Source: Octopus sinensis | Lineage: Eukaryota | NCBI RefSeq assembly: GCF_006345805.1 | Contig: NC_043001.1 | Span: 54,622,001 to 54,686,000 of the forward strand | DNA: 64,000 bases | Direction: 5' to 3' | Part shown: in pieces, positions 47,251 through 60,490 of the stretch | How positions within the stretch are numbered: the first letter of the stretch is position 1 | How the letters are laid out: each line of letters begins with the position of its first letter | Notes under the pieces: generated by a model | Database searches by the model: none | Told to the model about the DNA's origin: nothing | The model's input: the letters and a program-made list of their open reading frames with translations, nothing else | Translations under genes and position numbers: made by a program

Positions 47251-47769
47251 GTCGTCACATATACACACACAACGATTGCAGTGCGGAAGCTACATGCTAA
47301 CCGTTCAGAAACACACAAAGACTTAACTTCACTTGAAAATTTAGTTTTGTCTTTATGGTGTGAACATTTTCATCGCTCGAGACTGTGGTGTAACGTTCCG
47401 AGCCACGAAAATTTTGACATATTACAAACGATAAATTTTCACGTGAAGTTAAACAGCCTTTGAGTGCTTCTGAATATGACTAGCATGTGCCTTCCGCAAC
47501 ACGCGGTCTCAATTCAAATAACTTGCCTGGCAGGTACAGCTCCATACGTCCATAATTTAGGCATAAGCGAACACAAGGCTAGTATGTGACATATTTCAAC
47601 TTCTAAAGGCAAATTCGCTGCAGTTAACGTGGAGAAAACAAGAAAAGAAAGAATTTTTCTCGTGGTAAAGCCAGAATTTTTTTTCTCTCCACGGTATCTA
47701 TGGTAACTGCAATGCTTTTGCCCATAGAAATTGAAATATGTCACATATTTTGATTAAGCTTAAGTTCGT

Positions 47770-48150
47770 ATATATATACTCTTTTACTTGTTTCAGACAT
47801 TTGACTGTGGCCATGCTGGAGCACCGCCTTTAGTCGAGCAAATCTACCCCAGGACTTATTCTTTGTAAGCCTAGTACTTATTCTATCGGTATCCGAACCG
47901 CTAAGTTACGGGGACGTAAAAACACCAGCATCGGTTGTCAAGCGATGTTGGGTTGGGGGTGGGGACAAACGCAGACACACAAACATGCACACACACGTAT
48001 ATATATATATATAATATATATATATATACGACGGGTTTCTTTCAGTTTTCGTCTACCAAATCCACTCACAAGGCTTTGGTCGACCCGAGGCTATAGTAGA
48101 AGACACTTGCCCAAGGTGCCACGCAGTAAGCAAGCTACTTACCACACAGC
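47770..48150 (-). mobile_element. SINE family A, long form
   Basis: Close match to 37075-37462 with an internal deletion. Confidence 0.9.
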
Positions 48151-48369
48151 CAATATATATATATATATATATATTGTGTTTGTGTGTGATATTCAGAAAA
48201 CATTAAATATGCATATATAAAGCATTTATTCTTTATTTCTTTAGATAATATAATGATGTCTTGAAAGAGATCTTGCGAAACTGTTCTGTTAAAATAGCCA
48301 ATGGTAATTTCTACCACTTGAAAAGATATGAACGTGATGTGCATACATAAATGCGTGCGTCCTTACATT

Positions 48370-49300
48370 AAAATCTGATATAGTCACAATATACACCACC
48401 TGAAAAGTATTTGTAGAAAAAATTTCATTAAAAAAATTTTTTTTTTTTTTGCAAGTTACGAGGAAACGAGGCTGACTGAATTATCCGAAAACTTCTCTAT
48501 TCTATTCCTCCCGGAAAAAAAAAAATCACGACAAATTCCGATATGATCGGAATCTAAATGGCATCCCAACACAAGTGTACCTTCTTCCGATTTTGTTTCC
48601 TCATAACTTTCTGAAAAAATATTTTCGAAGGTGTGAGGTGAGGAGTTTCGGCTAACTCACTCAAGATAACTGTTTTCAGGTTAAAAAAAAAAACACACAC
48701 ACACACAAAAAAAATGGGCATTTTTTATGAAATCTTCTTCGAATATCTTTCATATGCTGTTGATTCCGATTATATCATAATTTAATGTTAAAAAAAAAAC
48801 AAAACAATAAAGGTTATCGTTTCAAAAATTTAACAAAAATACAACAAACAGAAAATTTTACAAAAACATTAAAAGAAAATTTCGTAGCTAATTCTTCATC
48901 AGTCAACATCCAAAAGATCCTTACAATTTCGCGCACACACACAGAAACTTGAAATTTTGACAAAAGCATGCGCCAGTGTGTATGTGTGCGCGTCCATCAC
49001 TTTTTTTTTCGATATAATCATATCCAAAAAATGCCCGTCTTGAGAAAGGTTTATTAAAAAAAAAAAAAATGCCAATTTTCCTGGAAGTTATGAGGAAACA
49101 AATTCAACTCGTGTGAATTATCTGAAACTCCTTTACTAACTCTCTAAAAAAACTTTTTCATAACAAATTCCGATATATTTGGAATCTACACCATCCGAAA
49201 GGTATTTGTAGAAAAACTCATTAGAAAAAATATTCATTTTTCTGAAAGTTATGAAGAAACAAAGTTAGCGGAGGCACGCCCCACCCCCACACACACACAG
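48370..49300. repeat. Modular repeat with recurring blocks (Helentron/DINE-like)
   Basis: gaattatc(c/t)gaaa, caaattccgatat and agtta(c/t)ga(g/a)gaaac each recur 2-3 times. Confidence 0.45.
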
Positions 49301-49854
49301 TTACTACTAATTCTTTGAAAGATGACATTGTGATACACATACATGGCTGTGTGGTTAAGAAGCCCGCTTTGCAACCTCATGGCTTCGGGTTCTATCCCGC
49401 TACAGGGCACTTCGCCCTGTAAGTGAATTTACTAAACTGAAACTGCAGAAGTCGGCCAGTATGTATACATAGGTGTATAAAGCAGTATTTGTTTAGGTTC
49501 CCGTAATTGGGGAACAATTTGGGCAAAAGAGATAGAATAAAGTACCATGCTTTAAAAAAATTAGTACCCTGGATCGATTTGTTCGACTGAACACAGAAAA
49601 GCCGCAGTCTAATGTCTGATACAAATATAAGATGTTTATATATATAGAACAAGTAGGAAAATAAATTTTATTCAACGCATAGATACTGAACAGTATATAT
49701 ATATAAAGGATAAAATCCTTTTTTTCCTGCTTTATATATATATATATATATATATACTGTTCAATATCTATGCGTTGAATAAAATTTATCTTTCTACTTG
49801 TTATACATTTCAACGCTTCGAAAACAAACTTGTTTGTTTACATAGGGCGTGTTT

Positions 49855-49916
<62 letters not shown>

Positions 49917-50258
49917 TATATATATGTTAATAAAATAGAATATATGCATATATATAAACATATATGTACGTACCTACCTCTACATGTACATATACACGCA
50001 TATATGTGTACAGGACACCAAAAAGACGTCGAACACATAGAGAGACGAAACACATAGACACAAACCAAGGAACAAGACAAGCAAAAAAAGGGAGAGATAC
50101 AGGACAATAAGCACAACGAAAAATCCCCTTCTTCAGTCGCTAAGATTTCATCTACTAAACGTTTCGAAGGATATATATATATATATATATAGTATAATTC
50201 TTTTTGGTGGGAATTTATATCTTCGTGTTAGTGACCGTAATATAAAGGGGTCGCTTAC

Positions 50259-50480
50259 CTTCGTTGACTCTCGGCTCTCACATTATTTTACTTTCACATT
50301 GTTATGTAGGAGGCGTGTCCGTCTGTTCGACGTTGCGTATAGAGGGCAGGAACACATTATTAATTTTTTACCCGTCTTTCATCATCGCTGGTATTGTTTT
50401 TTTTTTTTTTTTTCGTTTTCACTGCTACTACTGCTGTTGTACTGCCGTGAAAGTTATCGTGTCACGAAAGAGGTCAGGTC
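50259..50480 (-). other. Candidate non-coding first exon in a CpG-retaining segment (upstream limit approximate)
   Basis: Strong donor AAG|gtaagc at 50258; no open frame into the donor. Confidence 0.3.
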
Positions 50481-50949
50481 GTGTTTCGTTAAACAGCTGG
50501 TTGCTTTCACACCGGATTTTCTACAAATCATTTTTGTTATTACCCACATATCAGGAACTTTTTTTTTTTTTGAATACCAGAGTATTTAGTTAATGAAACT
50601 GCCTTAAGACTGACGGACGTAAACGAACATCTATCAAACATTATCAAGAAGTAGGCACTTATTTTTTGTTCTCTTATTTTCTCTTATTTTCCATTTTTTT
50701 AAAAATAGTTACATTTCTGTTGTATTCATATTATGATATTAATTTTTGTTCGCTTATTAGACTTTTACTTTCAATCGAGCTCATGCGTATACGTACATAC
50801 ATACATACATACATAATACATACATACATTCATATTTATATTCATGTATATGTGTGTCTATATATATGTATGTGTGTTTATATATATATGTGTATGTGTG
50901 TATATATATGTGTGTGTGTGTGTATACATATATATGTATGTATGTATCA

Positions 50950-51135
50950 TCGCCTGACTGGCCCTCGTGCCGGTGGCACGTAAAAGCACCCACTGCACTC
51001 ACGGAGTTAGGAAGAGCATCTAGCTGTAGAAACTGTCAGATCAGATTGGAGTCTGGTGCAGCCATCTGGTTCGCCAGTCATCAGTCAAATCGTCCAACCC
51101 ATGCTTGCATGGAAAGCGGACGTTAAACGATGATG
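50950..51135 (+). mobile_element. RTE-3'-tail repeat
   Basis: gtgccggtggcacgtaaaagcaccc...catggaaagcggacgttaaacgatgatgat. Confidence 0.85.
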
Positions 51136-51763
51136 ATGTATGTGTGTATACATATATGTTTGTATGTGTGTGTGGTTGTATATATATGTGTATGTGTGTA
51201 TATATATTTATATGTATATGTGTATATATTTATATATATGCATATATATATGTGTACATATATATTATATATATACATATATATATATATGCATATAGAT
51301 ATATACATATATGTATATATATATAAATACATATATACACATAATATATGAATATATGCATATATACATACATATATGTACATACCTACATCTATATGTA
51401 TATATATATACATGCATATATGGGTACAGGACATAAAAGAAAAGAAAAATAGGTTGAACACAATGAGAAACAAAAACAAAAATCGTTGTTTGTAAAAAAA
51501 AATGTTTTTTTTTGTTTTCGTTTCTCATTGTGTTCAACGTTTTGTTTGATGTCCTGTACCCATATATGCATGTATATATACATACATATCTAGGTATGTA
51601 CATATATGTATGTATATATGCATATATTTATGTATTATTTATATTATTATATGATCGAACGCCACGCATCTTTTTCCAAGTAAGTTTTATCTGTGTGTGT
51701 ATATATATATATATATAATATATATATATATATATGTATCAATATATAATATATATATATGTA

Positions 51764-51797
<34 letters not shown>

Positions 51798-51820
51798 GTA
51801 TCAATATATAATATATATGT

Positions 51821-51854
<34 letters not shown>

Positions 51855-52060
51855 GTATGTATCAATATATAATATATATATGTATCTGTGTGTGTATATA
51901 TATATATATATATATGTATCTATGTGTGTGTGTGTGTGTTTATATACATTATATATGTATCAATATATATATATGTGTGTGTGTGTGTTTATATACATTA
52001 TATATGTATCAATATATATATATATGTGTGTGTGTGTGTATCAATATATAATATATATAT
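51136..52060. repeat. Compound (TA)n/(TG)n microsatellite field containing a ~140-bp-arm palindrome (51341-51638)
   Basis: Direct reading of the sequence. Confidence 0.9.
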
Positions 52061-52061
52061 A

Positions 52062-53022
52062 TGGTGGGTGGGGCATTGTTTTTCATTCAAACTTCTCCAG
52101 CTTTTGGAATGTCATCCTCACTGTATGTGGCTGAGCATTATCCTGATGGAAGAACGACTTTGTCTTGAAACCAAAGATGCTCATTTTTTTCTAACACCTA
52201 CTTAAGCTGCTCAAGCTGTTCGCAGTAGATCTCTTTTGTTATTGTTTGATTTGCATTTAAAAGTTCGAAGTAGACTAAACCTTTCGTATCCCACCAAACA
52301 GATAACAAACACCTTACATGGGTGAAGATCTTCTTTAGCTTGGAGTGCTGGTGTTTCTCCTTTCCCTACCCACTGTCTTTGGTACTTGACACTCTTTGTA
52401 GAGAACCCATTTTCGTCACCAGTCACTATTCGGTCTAAAAAAGGGTTCATTCTTTAGATGTGACTGCAAAGAAGAGCACACATTCACTCTCTGCACACAA
52501 TTAGACTCAGAAAGTTTGTGAGAAATCCACTGACCCAATTTGCTGACTTTTCTGATGGCATACAGCTGTTGCTGAATGGTTGAATGACCGAATCCAAGCT
52601 TCTCTGCTAGTCCCTCAACAGTTACAATGGGATTTTGTTCCACCAGAGTTGAAGGACATCCTCATCAAGCTCTACAGATATTCCAGAATGAGGCTTGTCT
52701 TTTAGGCTTTAGTTTCCAGCTTGGAGTTTCTGGGGCCACTGTTGACGCTGATTTATGTTTATTCCTCGCACTTTCCATTGCATTGTTGTCTCTATTGAAC
52801 TCATAAAGCAAAGTATGCTAAATATGCTCCTGTGTCGCTTCCATTATGGCTTTGAAAAAATAACTGTTAAAATTGAACTGCACTCTTCGAAAATTGCACT
52901 AATAATACATAAAAGGTAAAATTACTACCTGTTTTTATAGCAAGTTGATGCAGGTACTTTATCCTGTCCCCCTCCAACTTTTAGTTCATGCAATTGAAAA
53001 AACTGCATTTTTTATGGGATGA

Positions 53023-53026
<4 letters not shown>
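52062..53026 (-). mobile_element. Mariner relic, 3' truncated; its 5' terminal ~82 bp is repeated twice more (53114-53195, 53236-53316)
   Basis: KLGQWISHKL, FLDRIVTGDE, HQDNAQPH and PHPP motifs; terminus ttggtcatcccataaaaaatgc on the reverse strand. Confidence 0.88.
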
Positions 53027-53067
<41 letters not shown>

Positions 53068-53191
53068 TACATATGTACATGTGTGTTTGTGTATATATAT
53101 ATATATATATATATTGATGCAGGTACTTTATCCTGTCCCCCTCCGATTTTTAATTCATGCAATTGAAAAAACTGCATTTTTTATGGGATGA

Positions 53192-53238
<47 letters not shown>

Positions 53239-53326
53239 ATGCAGGTACTTTATCCTGTCCCCCCTCCGACTTTTAGTTCATGCAATTGAAAAACCGCATT
53301 TTTTATGGGATGACCCTATATATATA

Positions 53327-53391
<65 letters not shown>

Positions 53392-53516
53392 TATATATAC
53401 ATATTGCATATGTACATGTGTGTTTGTGTATATATATACATATTGCATATGTACATGTGTGTTTGTGTATATATATATGCATATATATATACATATTGCA
53501 TATGTACATGTGTGTT

Positions 53517-53580
<64 letters not shown>

Positions 53581-53934
53581 TGCATATGTACATGTGTGTT
53601 TGTGTATCTATATATATATATATGTATATCTGTGTGTGCGTCTGTATACCCACACATACTTGCAAACACACACACACACGTCTATGTGTATGCAGTGAGG
53701 ATGATAGTAACATCTGTCGCAATGTTGCAACATCTGATTCAAGAAAGTTTATACTTTTGTGTAAGAATTTTATTACCTACATCAGTGGGTGACCCCTATC
53801 AGCTCTGTTGATATGATGGAAGGTGCCAAAAAACCCTGCAGAGACTTTGACTCCTGCATTTCAGAGACAGAGTTGAGCAAGACTTTCAACACACGGGTGT
53901 TTGCCCTGAATATATATATATATATATATATCAT

Positions 53935-54480
53935 CATCATCATTTAATATCTATTTTCCAAGCTAGCATGGGCTGGACAGTTTGACAGGAGCTGGTCAGC
54001 TGAAGAGCTGCCCAGGTTCCGTTTCTGTTTTGGCATGGTTTTTACAGCTAGATGCCCTTCCTAACACCAACCACTTTACAGAGTACTGGATGGTTTTATA
54101 CAACACTGGTATGGTAAATGCACCCATACCGACGCTGTGTAAAATCTATGAGCCACACGTCTTTCTGGGTCTACCTCTTCCACATGTTCCTTTTATAATT
54201 AGAGATCGGCATCTTGATGCAACTGTCTTCATTTATATGCATTACATGGCCATACCAGCGCAGTATTCTCTCTGGCACACTACATCTGATGCCTCATACA
54301 CCCAGTTTTTCTCTCAGATTACTTACACTCTGTTGGATATGCACACTAACATTATCCATCCAGTGGAGCATACTGGCTTCAGTTCTTTCAAGCCTTTGCA
54401 TATCCTCAGTAGTTACAGCCCATGTCTCACTGCCATGCAGCCTAGCTGTTCATTCACAGGCATCATACAATCTGTCTTTC
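53935..54480 (-). mobile_element. RTE LINE 3' fragment (ORF end plus tail)
   Basis: DRLYDAC..LHGSETWAV...RWYGHVM on the reverse strand plus catcatcat tail. Confidence 0.85.
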
Positions 54481-54489
54481 TCTTATGTG

Positions 54490-54632
54490 TGTGTGGCAAT
54501 AGAAAGGGCATCCAGCTATAGAAACCATGCTAAATCAGACTGGAGTCTGGTGCAGCTCCTCAGCTTTCCAGTCCTTGTCAAACCATCCAACCCATGCCAG
54601 CATGGATAATGGACATTAAATGATGATGAAGA
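54490..54632 (+). mobile_element. RTE-3'-tail repeat, inverted relative to 53935-54110
   Basis: gaaagggcatccagct...ccagcatggataatggacattaaatgatgatg. Confidence 0.8.
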
Positions 54633-54676
54633 TGATATATATATACACACGAGATATATATATATATATATATGCA

Positions 54677-54903
54677 AAAGCGGCAAGCTGACAGAAACAT
54701 TAGCACACTAGGCGAAATGCTTAGCAGTATTTTATCTGCCGTTATGTTCAGAGTTCAAATTCCAGTGAGGTCAGTTTTGTCTTTCATCCTTTCGGGGGTC
54801 AATTAAACAAGTACCTGTTATGCACCGGGGGTCAATGTAATCAACTTAATCCCTTTGTCTATCCTTGTTTGTTCCCTCTATGTTTAGCCCCCTGTGGGTA
54901 ATA
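54677..54903 (+). mobile_element. SINE family B
   Basis: gcggcaagctgacagaaacattagcac...gagttcaaattccagtgagg. Confidence 0.85.
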
Positions 54904-54915
54904 AATATATATATA

Positions 54916-55760
54916 TACAGGTTGCAATAGGTAAATTGTCACCATATTATATTTTTTATTTTGTGCATGCACATTGTTTGCTTTGGATTTTGTTGATTAC
55001 ACTATAGTAGGGTCGTTTTGGCTCCGTCTTTGAGAAAAACAGCACAATGATGCAATTCACTCTGCCAGAAATTTGGAAACGACATGCAGTACTGCTTCGC
55101 ACTGGTAGCTCCAATACAAACATTTCAGAGTGGTTGAGTGTGAATCTGAGGAAAGTGCAATCTGGGGAGTGATAAAAATCAAACATCCAGTCAACATCGT
55201 GGTGTTTGGATTGATCACTATTGATGGCGATGTTATGCCTCATCTTCCCACACGGCCTTAGACTCAACACAGGCCTACATCAAGTGCCTGGAGGAGATAG
55301 TACTACCCTGGGTCAAGAGGGTGGTTGCTAGAAGACCCTGTGTCTGGCAACAAGACTCTGCACCATGCCACACAAGCAGGTGAACCTGATCATGGCTGTC
55401 AGACAATATCTGTGACCACATCATCTGGCCACCTAACTCCCCAGACTACAACCCCTTTGATTATTTTTTGTGGGGTGCAGTTGAGTGAGACCAACAAAAC
55501 TCCTTGTAACACCAAAGATGAACTGAAGGCAAGAATTATGGCAGCATTCACCAAGGAGACAGTCCAGAAGCGTTGCAGGAGATTCCAAAGTTGTCTGGAG
55601 TCTGTGGTTGAAGCCAATGCTGATTTTATTGAATAAATCTACTCTTTAGTATTTCAAGATATTTTTATGTAATTTTGGTAAATGTATCTATTAAAATAAG
55701 ATGTCAGCGTTATTTTCATTTTTGCGTAATTTAGACAACAGTTTATTCACCATACTCTGT
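54916..55760 (+). mobile_element. maT/DD37D-type Tc1/mariner relic (internally deleted)
   Basis: RPCVWQQDSAPCHTS...WPPNSPDYNPFDYFLWG catalytic-domain motifs. Confidence 0.8.
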
Positions 55761-55789
55761 ATATGTATGTCTGTGTATATATATATATA

Positions 55790-56565
55790 TATCATCATCA
55801 TCATCATTTAGCGTCTGCCTTCCATGCTAGCATGGGTTGGACGGTTCAACTGAGGTCTGTGAAGCCAGAAGGCTGCATCAGGCCCAGTCTGATCTGGCAG
55901 TGTTTCTATGGCTGGATGCCCTTCCTAACGCCAACCACTCTGTGAGTGTAGTGGGTGCTTTTTACGTGCCACCCGCACAGGTGCCAGACGGAGCTGGCAA
56001 ACGGCCACGGACGGATGGTGCTTTTTATGTCCCACTGGCACGGGGGCCAGGCGAGGCTGGCAATGGCCACGATTGGATGGTGTTTTTCATCATCATCATC
56101 ATCGTTTCCATGCTAGCATGGGTTGGACGATTCAACTGGGGTCTGGGGAGCCCGAAGGCTGCTCCAAGCCAGTCAGATCTGGCAGTGTTTCTACAGCTGG
56201 ATGCCCTTCCTAATGCCAACCACTCCAAGAGTGTAGTGGGTGATTTTATGTGCCACCGACACAGGTGCCAGACGAGGCTGGCGAACGGCCACGCTCGGAT
56301 GGTGTTTTTTATGTGCCACCGACACAGGTGCCAGACGAGGCTGGCGAATGGCCACGCTTGGATGGTGTTTTTTATGTGCCACCGACACAGGTGCCAGACG
56401 AGGCTGGCGAACGGTCACGATCGGATGGTGTTTGTTACGTGCCCACAGCACGGAGGCCAGTCGATGCGGTACTGGCTATGCCCACGTTCGGATGGTTTTC
56501 TTATGTGCCACCGGCACTGGTACCACAAAGATACAAATTCCATTGATGTTCATCTATTTTGATTT

Positions 56566-56570
<5 letters not shown>
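55790..56570 (-). mobile_element. Two head-to-tail RTE-3'-UTR copies; the second is the reverse complement of the last unit of the 10.9-13.0 kb array
   Basis: Ends in gatacaaattccattgatgttcatctattttgattt beside (TA)n. Confidence 0.9.
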
Positions 56571-56632
<62 letters not shown>

Positions 56633-58344
56633 ATTTACGCCCACATATCTTTTTCTGTGATGTGTGTATGTTTGCTTTTTTTTCTTCATACTTTGTTTGT
56701 TCATACTTACTATATATAAGTTTGCTTTTGTGTCAGTGATTGCATATTATTCCTGTAATATTTTCTCATAAAGTTGTCATGTTTGAATTTATGTTTGTCT
56801 TTATGAATTAAACAGCGGTAGAATTACTGCATACAATTGCAAGGCATAATCATAATCACTTCTTTCTTTTTATTCACCACTACTTGATAGGATAACATTT
56901 AGTATCTAATACTCTAAATCATTTTGTACAAGTAATACTTATTGAATAAATGTGTGACATCAATTTTACCATAGTAGTATTAGTGGTGTTAAGTATCCAT
57001 GCTTAAAAGTTGCTTCTCATAATTGCAATTGAAATTCACGGAAATATCCATGTGACTTATAAGAGCTTACTTTCCACTTTTGACACCTTCAAACACATTC
57101 CTGAATTATTTTGGGGTTCAGACTCTACATGTTGAAATATATAATCCCTAAGAAGGTTATAATACTTTCTAGATTTTATTTCCTTAGCACGTAGGTTTAA
57201 GGCTATTGAGTCTATTATACATTCAGTTACAAGAGATTAAGCAAATCTGTCAGATAATTCCCTTGTTTCTAAAATGAAGTGATGTCATTTTATTTGGCCT
57301 GTACCCTTCAGCATGATCGAAGCCCACTGGCTTCAGAAAGCTGGGAACTCTGTTTTAACAGCTCAACTCTTTATTATGCTGTTGATCTCTCCATGTCTTG
57401 GCACCCTTACAAGAGTAGCATATTTCCACCATACAGATTCATATATCTGTCTAACCAAGTGAAGTTTAGTTGATAAGTACAATTACTCAAGACTGAGGGT
57501 GTTCCTAATGGATGATGAAGTAATGGCATTGATCCATGGCTATCTTTAATATCAACACAGGAAATTAAATGCCTTATATAAGTTGTGAGAAATGCATGCC
57601 AATGAGATGCTGTTTCTAGAACACTTACTGCACTGTTTAATCATACACTCAGAATTTGAGGACTAACAGCAATGAACTGTCTGTCTGTGACAATGACTGC
57701 TGCTTTATACATCAAAGACAATAAAAAGGCTGGAGTGTTTCAGTCACAAAGAAATCATTTTCTGACATCTTTACTCCTGAAAAAGTCAATCAATATTGAC
57801 CTGAATCAGAAACAATACAAGTGTTTGTAGTGCTAATAAAACAAATAGGGTTGACAAAATTGTTGCCCTGAGGTAATTTTAATGGTTGAGATATAGTTAG
57901 GGGATCAAAAGTTAAAATTGCAGTGAAGGTCCTGTTGTCAATAAGTTATGAGTCTTGGAATTCTCCATCAGTTTATACTGCTCCATAGGACTGGTGTCAT
58001 TAAAGCAAGCACAGTTACTGATGACCCCAAATCACTTTGTTGTTGTATAGCTACAGTAGTTAAAATGTACAGTGTGTTCTCTGGCTATAATACTTAAAAT
58101 TTTATGCATTGTGCAATCATAATAATTAAAATGCATGATGTAATGTAGCTAATGTAAGTTAAATTTATGGTATGTAACCAAAACAGTAAAAATGTATTCT
58201 TGTATAGTCACAACAATTAAAGTGTTTGCTATGTCTTGTGTAGCCAAAACTGTTAAAATGTTATATTTATTGGGACTGATTGTTAGATATAAACCATGTT
58301 TTGTGAGAATAGAAATGTAATTTTTTTTATATCTTACTCTGTGT

Positions 58345-58375
<31 letters not shown>

Positions 58376-59399
58376 CGTGCATACATACATACAGGTATGA
58401 ATGTAAAAGAATGTTTGTAGAAGCATGGCAAAATGGTTGTTTGTTTTACAATGTGAGATTCCATGTTCAGTCCCACTACACAGTACCTTATTAGTGAAAC
58501 TAGGAAGATGAAAACTATTTTGAAGTTCGTTGGATTTGGCTATTATTCCAAAGGCTAGCCTTATCACATGTCATACTGAGTCTTCTTGAGGATTGTTAAA
58601 CATACAAATGTTTGTTGAATACTCAACCACTTCATAATACTCTGGGTTAGTTGTTAATTTAGTTGATCAGAGAACTGGAATACTCATTGTCAGAACTAAT
58701 ACAAATCCATTGTATAGATGTGTATATATGATGGAAGCTTCTATTGTAATCGTAGCTAGTGTTATCAAGTGGATATTATTAAAATGAATGGGTCCCAAAT
58801 ATGTTCCAAATATTGTTACATTCTCTGCTTAATGTTAGTTGTTTCTTGATATCTAAACAGTTCTGTCCCAAAGTGATCAGAATAAGTGGTTTTCAAGGCT
58901 CTGAATGAATACAAACATGCATGCATAACTATGTGGTTAAAAAGTCCTCTTCAGGGCCACATGGTTTCAGTTCAATTACATTGTGTGGACATCGTTGGTG
59001 CTTTCTACTCTATCTGTGGTTTGACCAACATCTTGTGAGTGGAATCTGGAATGTGTGTGAGTGCATATCCCTCCTTTTCTTAACATGTTTACTAATTGTA
59101 AGTAAAGTGTCACTGTTTGTACAAATGGTGTCTTCTGTTTGCAATTCTTTATGAAAGCATGTCTGGCTTTGTTTGGATTGTGCTGATTGTAAACAAAGCC
59201 TCACTGTTCATGTAAATGGTGTCATTTGTATGCTATTCTTTAAGAAAGCATATCCTGGCTGTTCATTGTTTGGAAACAGGTGAAGCTTGGTGACAGTAAA
59301 AGTATCCACTCATAGAAAATTCTGCCTCAACAAAGTCATGTTTGACTTGGTTGAATATGGAAAAGTAAGTGTTAAAATGATGATGTTGCTATGCATATA

Positions 59400-60200
59400 T
59401 TCATTAATTTCTTTTATTGATTACAGTTATCAGAATTTTTGTCTTTGCTAGTTTTACTCTGAAGTCTTTTGTTTCTAAGCTTTGCTTCCTTATTTATAAT
59501 CTATTCCCTAGTTCCTTTATAGCCACAGCTATATCAGCCAACAGAGATAACTAAGCTTAAATTCTTCTGTTATGGCCTGGAGAACTTTTATAAATAGCTG
59601 GTGGCTGAAGACTGATCCCTGATGGACATCTACCTGCATGTCAATTTCTTCAATTAGCTCATTGTTAACTCTCACATAACTGACATCTCAGTGCATGACT
59701 TGAACAGCACTCACCTTGTTTTCTTAACAACCATGAGATTACTCTGTCAAAGGTCTTCTTCTTTTCAATGAATGCTGTGCATATCTTTATCTTGTTATTT
59801 GTTTTCCTTGTGTGTGCTACTTTGAGCCTACAGTTGTCCATCTGATCTTTGAGCTTTCATACTTTCCTTCTTCAGATCATATGAGTCTAGTTATCTCATA
59901 TCCTGTTTACATATGATGCATATATGCATACATCCTTTTGCAATATCTTGACAGTCTATCAGTAGACTGTTAGGAAAATGTTTGCTTTTTTTTTCTTGCT
60001 TTTTCATTTATTCATACCTTGTTTTCTTGCTGCCAATGTTGATTTCTTTGCCATTTTGCTTGCAATTCTACATAGAAACAAACCACCCTCTCACTTTTTT
60101 TTTGTCAGCTTGAGTGTGCAATAATACCTACACTTTACACTTGTGTAATCCCTCTTAAATACACTTCGATTTTGTACTTGATTCCTCATGACCCCACTCA
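59400..60200 (-). mobile_element. Old degraded RTE RT fragment
   Basis: KTFDRV...VRVNNELIEE..QVDVHQGSVFS..LFIKVLQAITEEF...RVKLAKTKIL. Confidence 0.7.
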
Positions 60201-60490
60201 TCACTCATCTGTGTTAGATTACCTAGACATACTAAGATTTTGTTTCTTTTCTCTCTTTACCTTTAACTTCCCAACTGAATATTACAGCATTAATGTCACT
60301 TAGTTATTCCTATTTTTTTCAAGATTTTACTTTTAAACAAGAACAGACTGCTTTTCTATTTCAATTAATATTTTTTTGATATACTCAAAAGTTTGAGAAT
60401 TTGTTTTTTTCCCTTAAACATATGGAACCTACTTTTAATTTTAATAGTTATTGCTATTATTTGGCTTCAGGTTAACCCTGGATAAGTATA

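Noticed and set aside
50290-50390. Plus-strand exon RRVRLFDVAYRGQEHIINFLPVFHHR
   Set aside because: Not excluded, but no recognisable homology or partner exons; it overlaps the better-supported minus-strand donor.
51105-53792. IYIYIY/CVCVCV/THTH ORFs up to 170 aa (also at 9.4-9.8, 15.9, 18.0, 46.8 and 56.5 kb)
   Set aside because: Translations of (TA)n, (TG)n and (CA)n microsatellites.
57279-58050. Short ORFs in the AT-rich 57-58 kb region
   Set aside because: Lengths are within chance expectation; no motifs, and no pair of splice sites enclosing an open frame.
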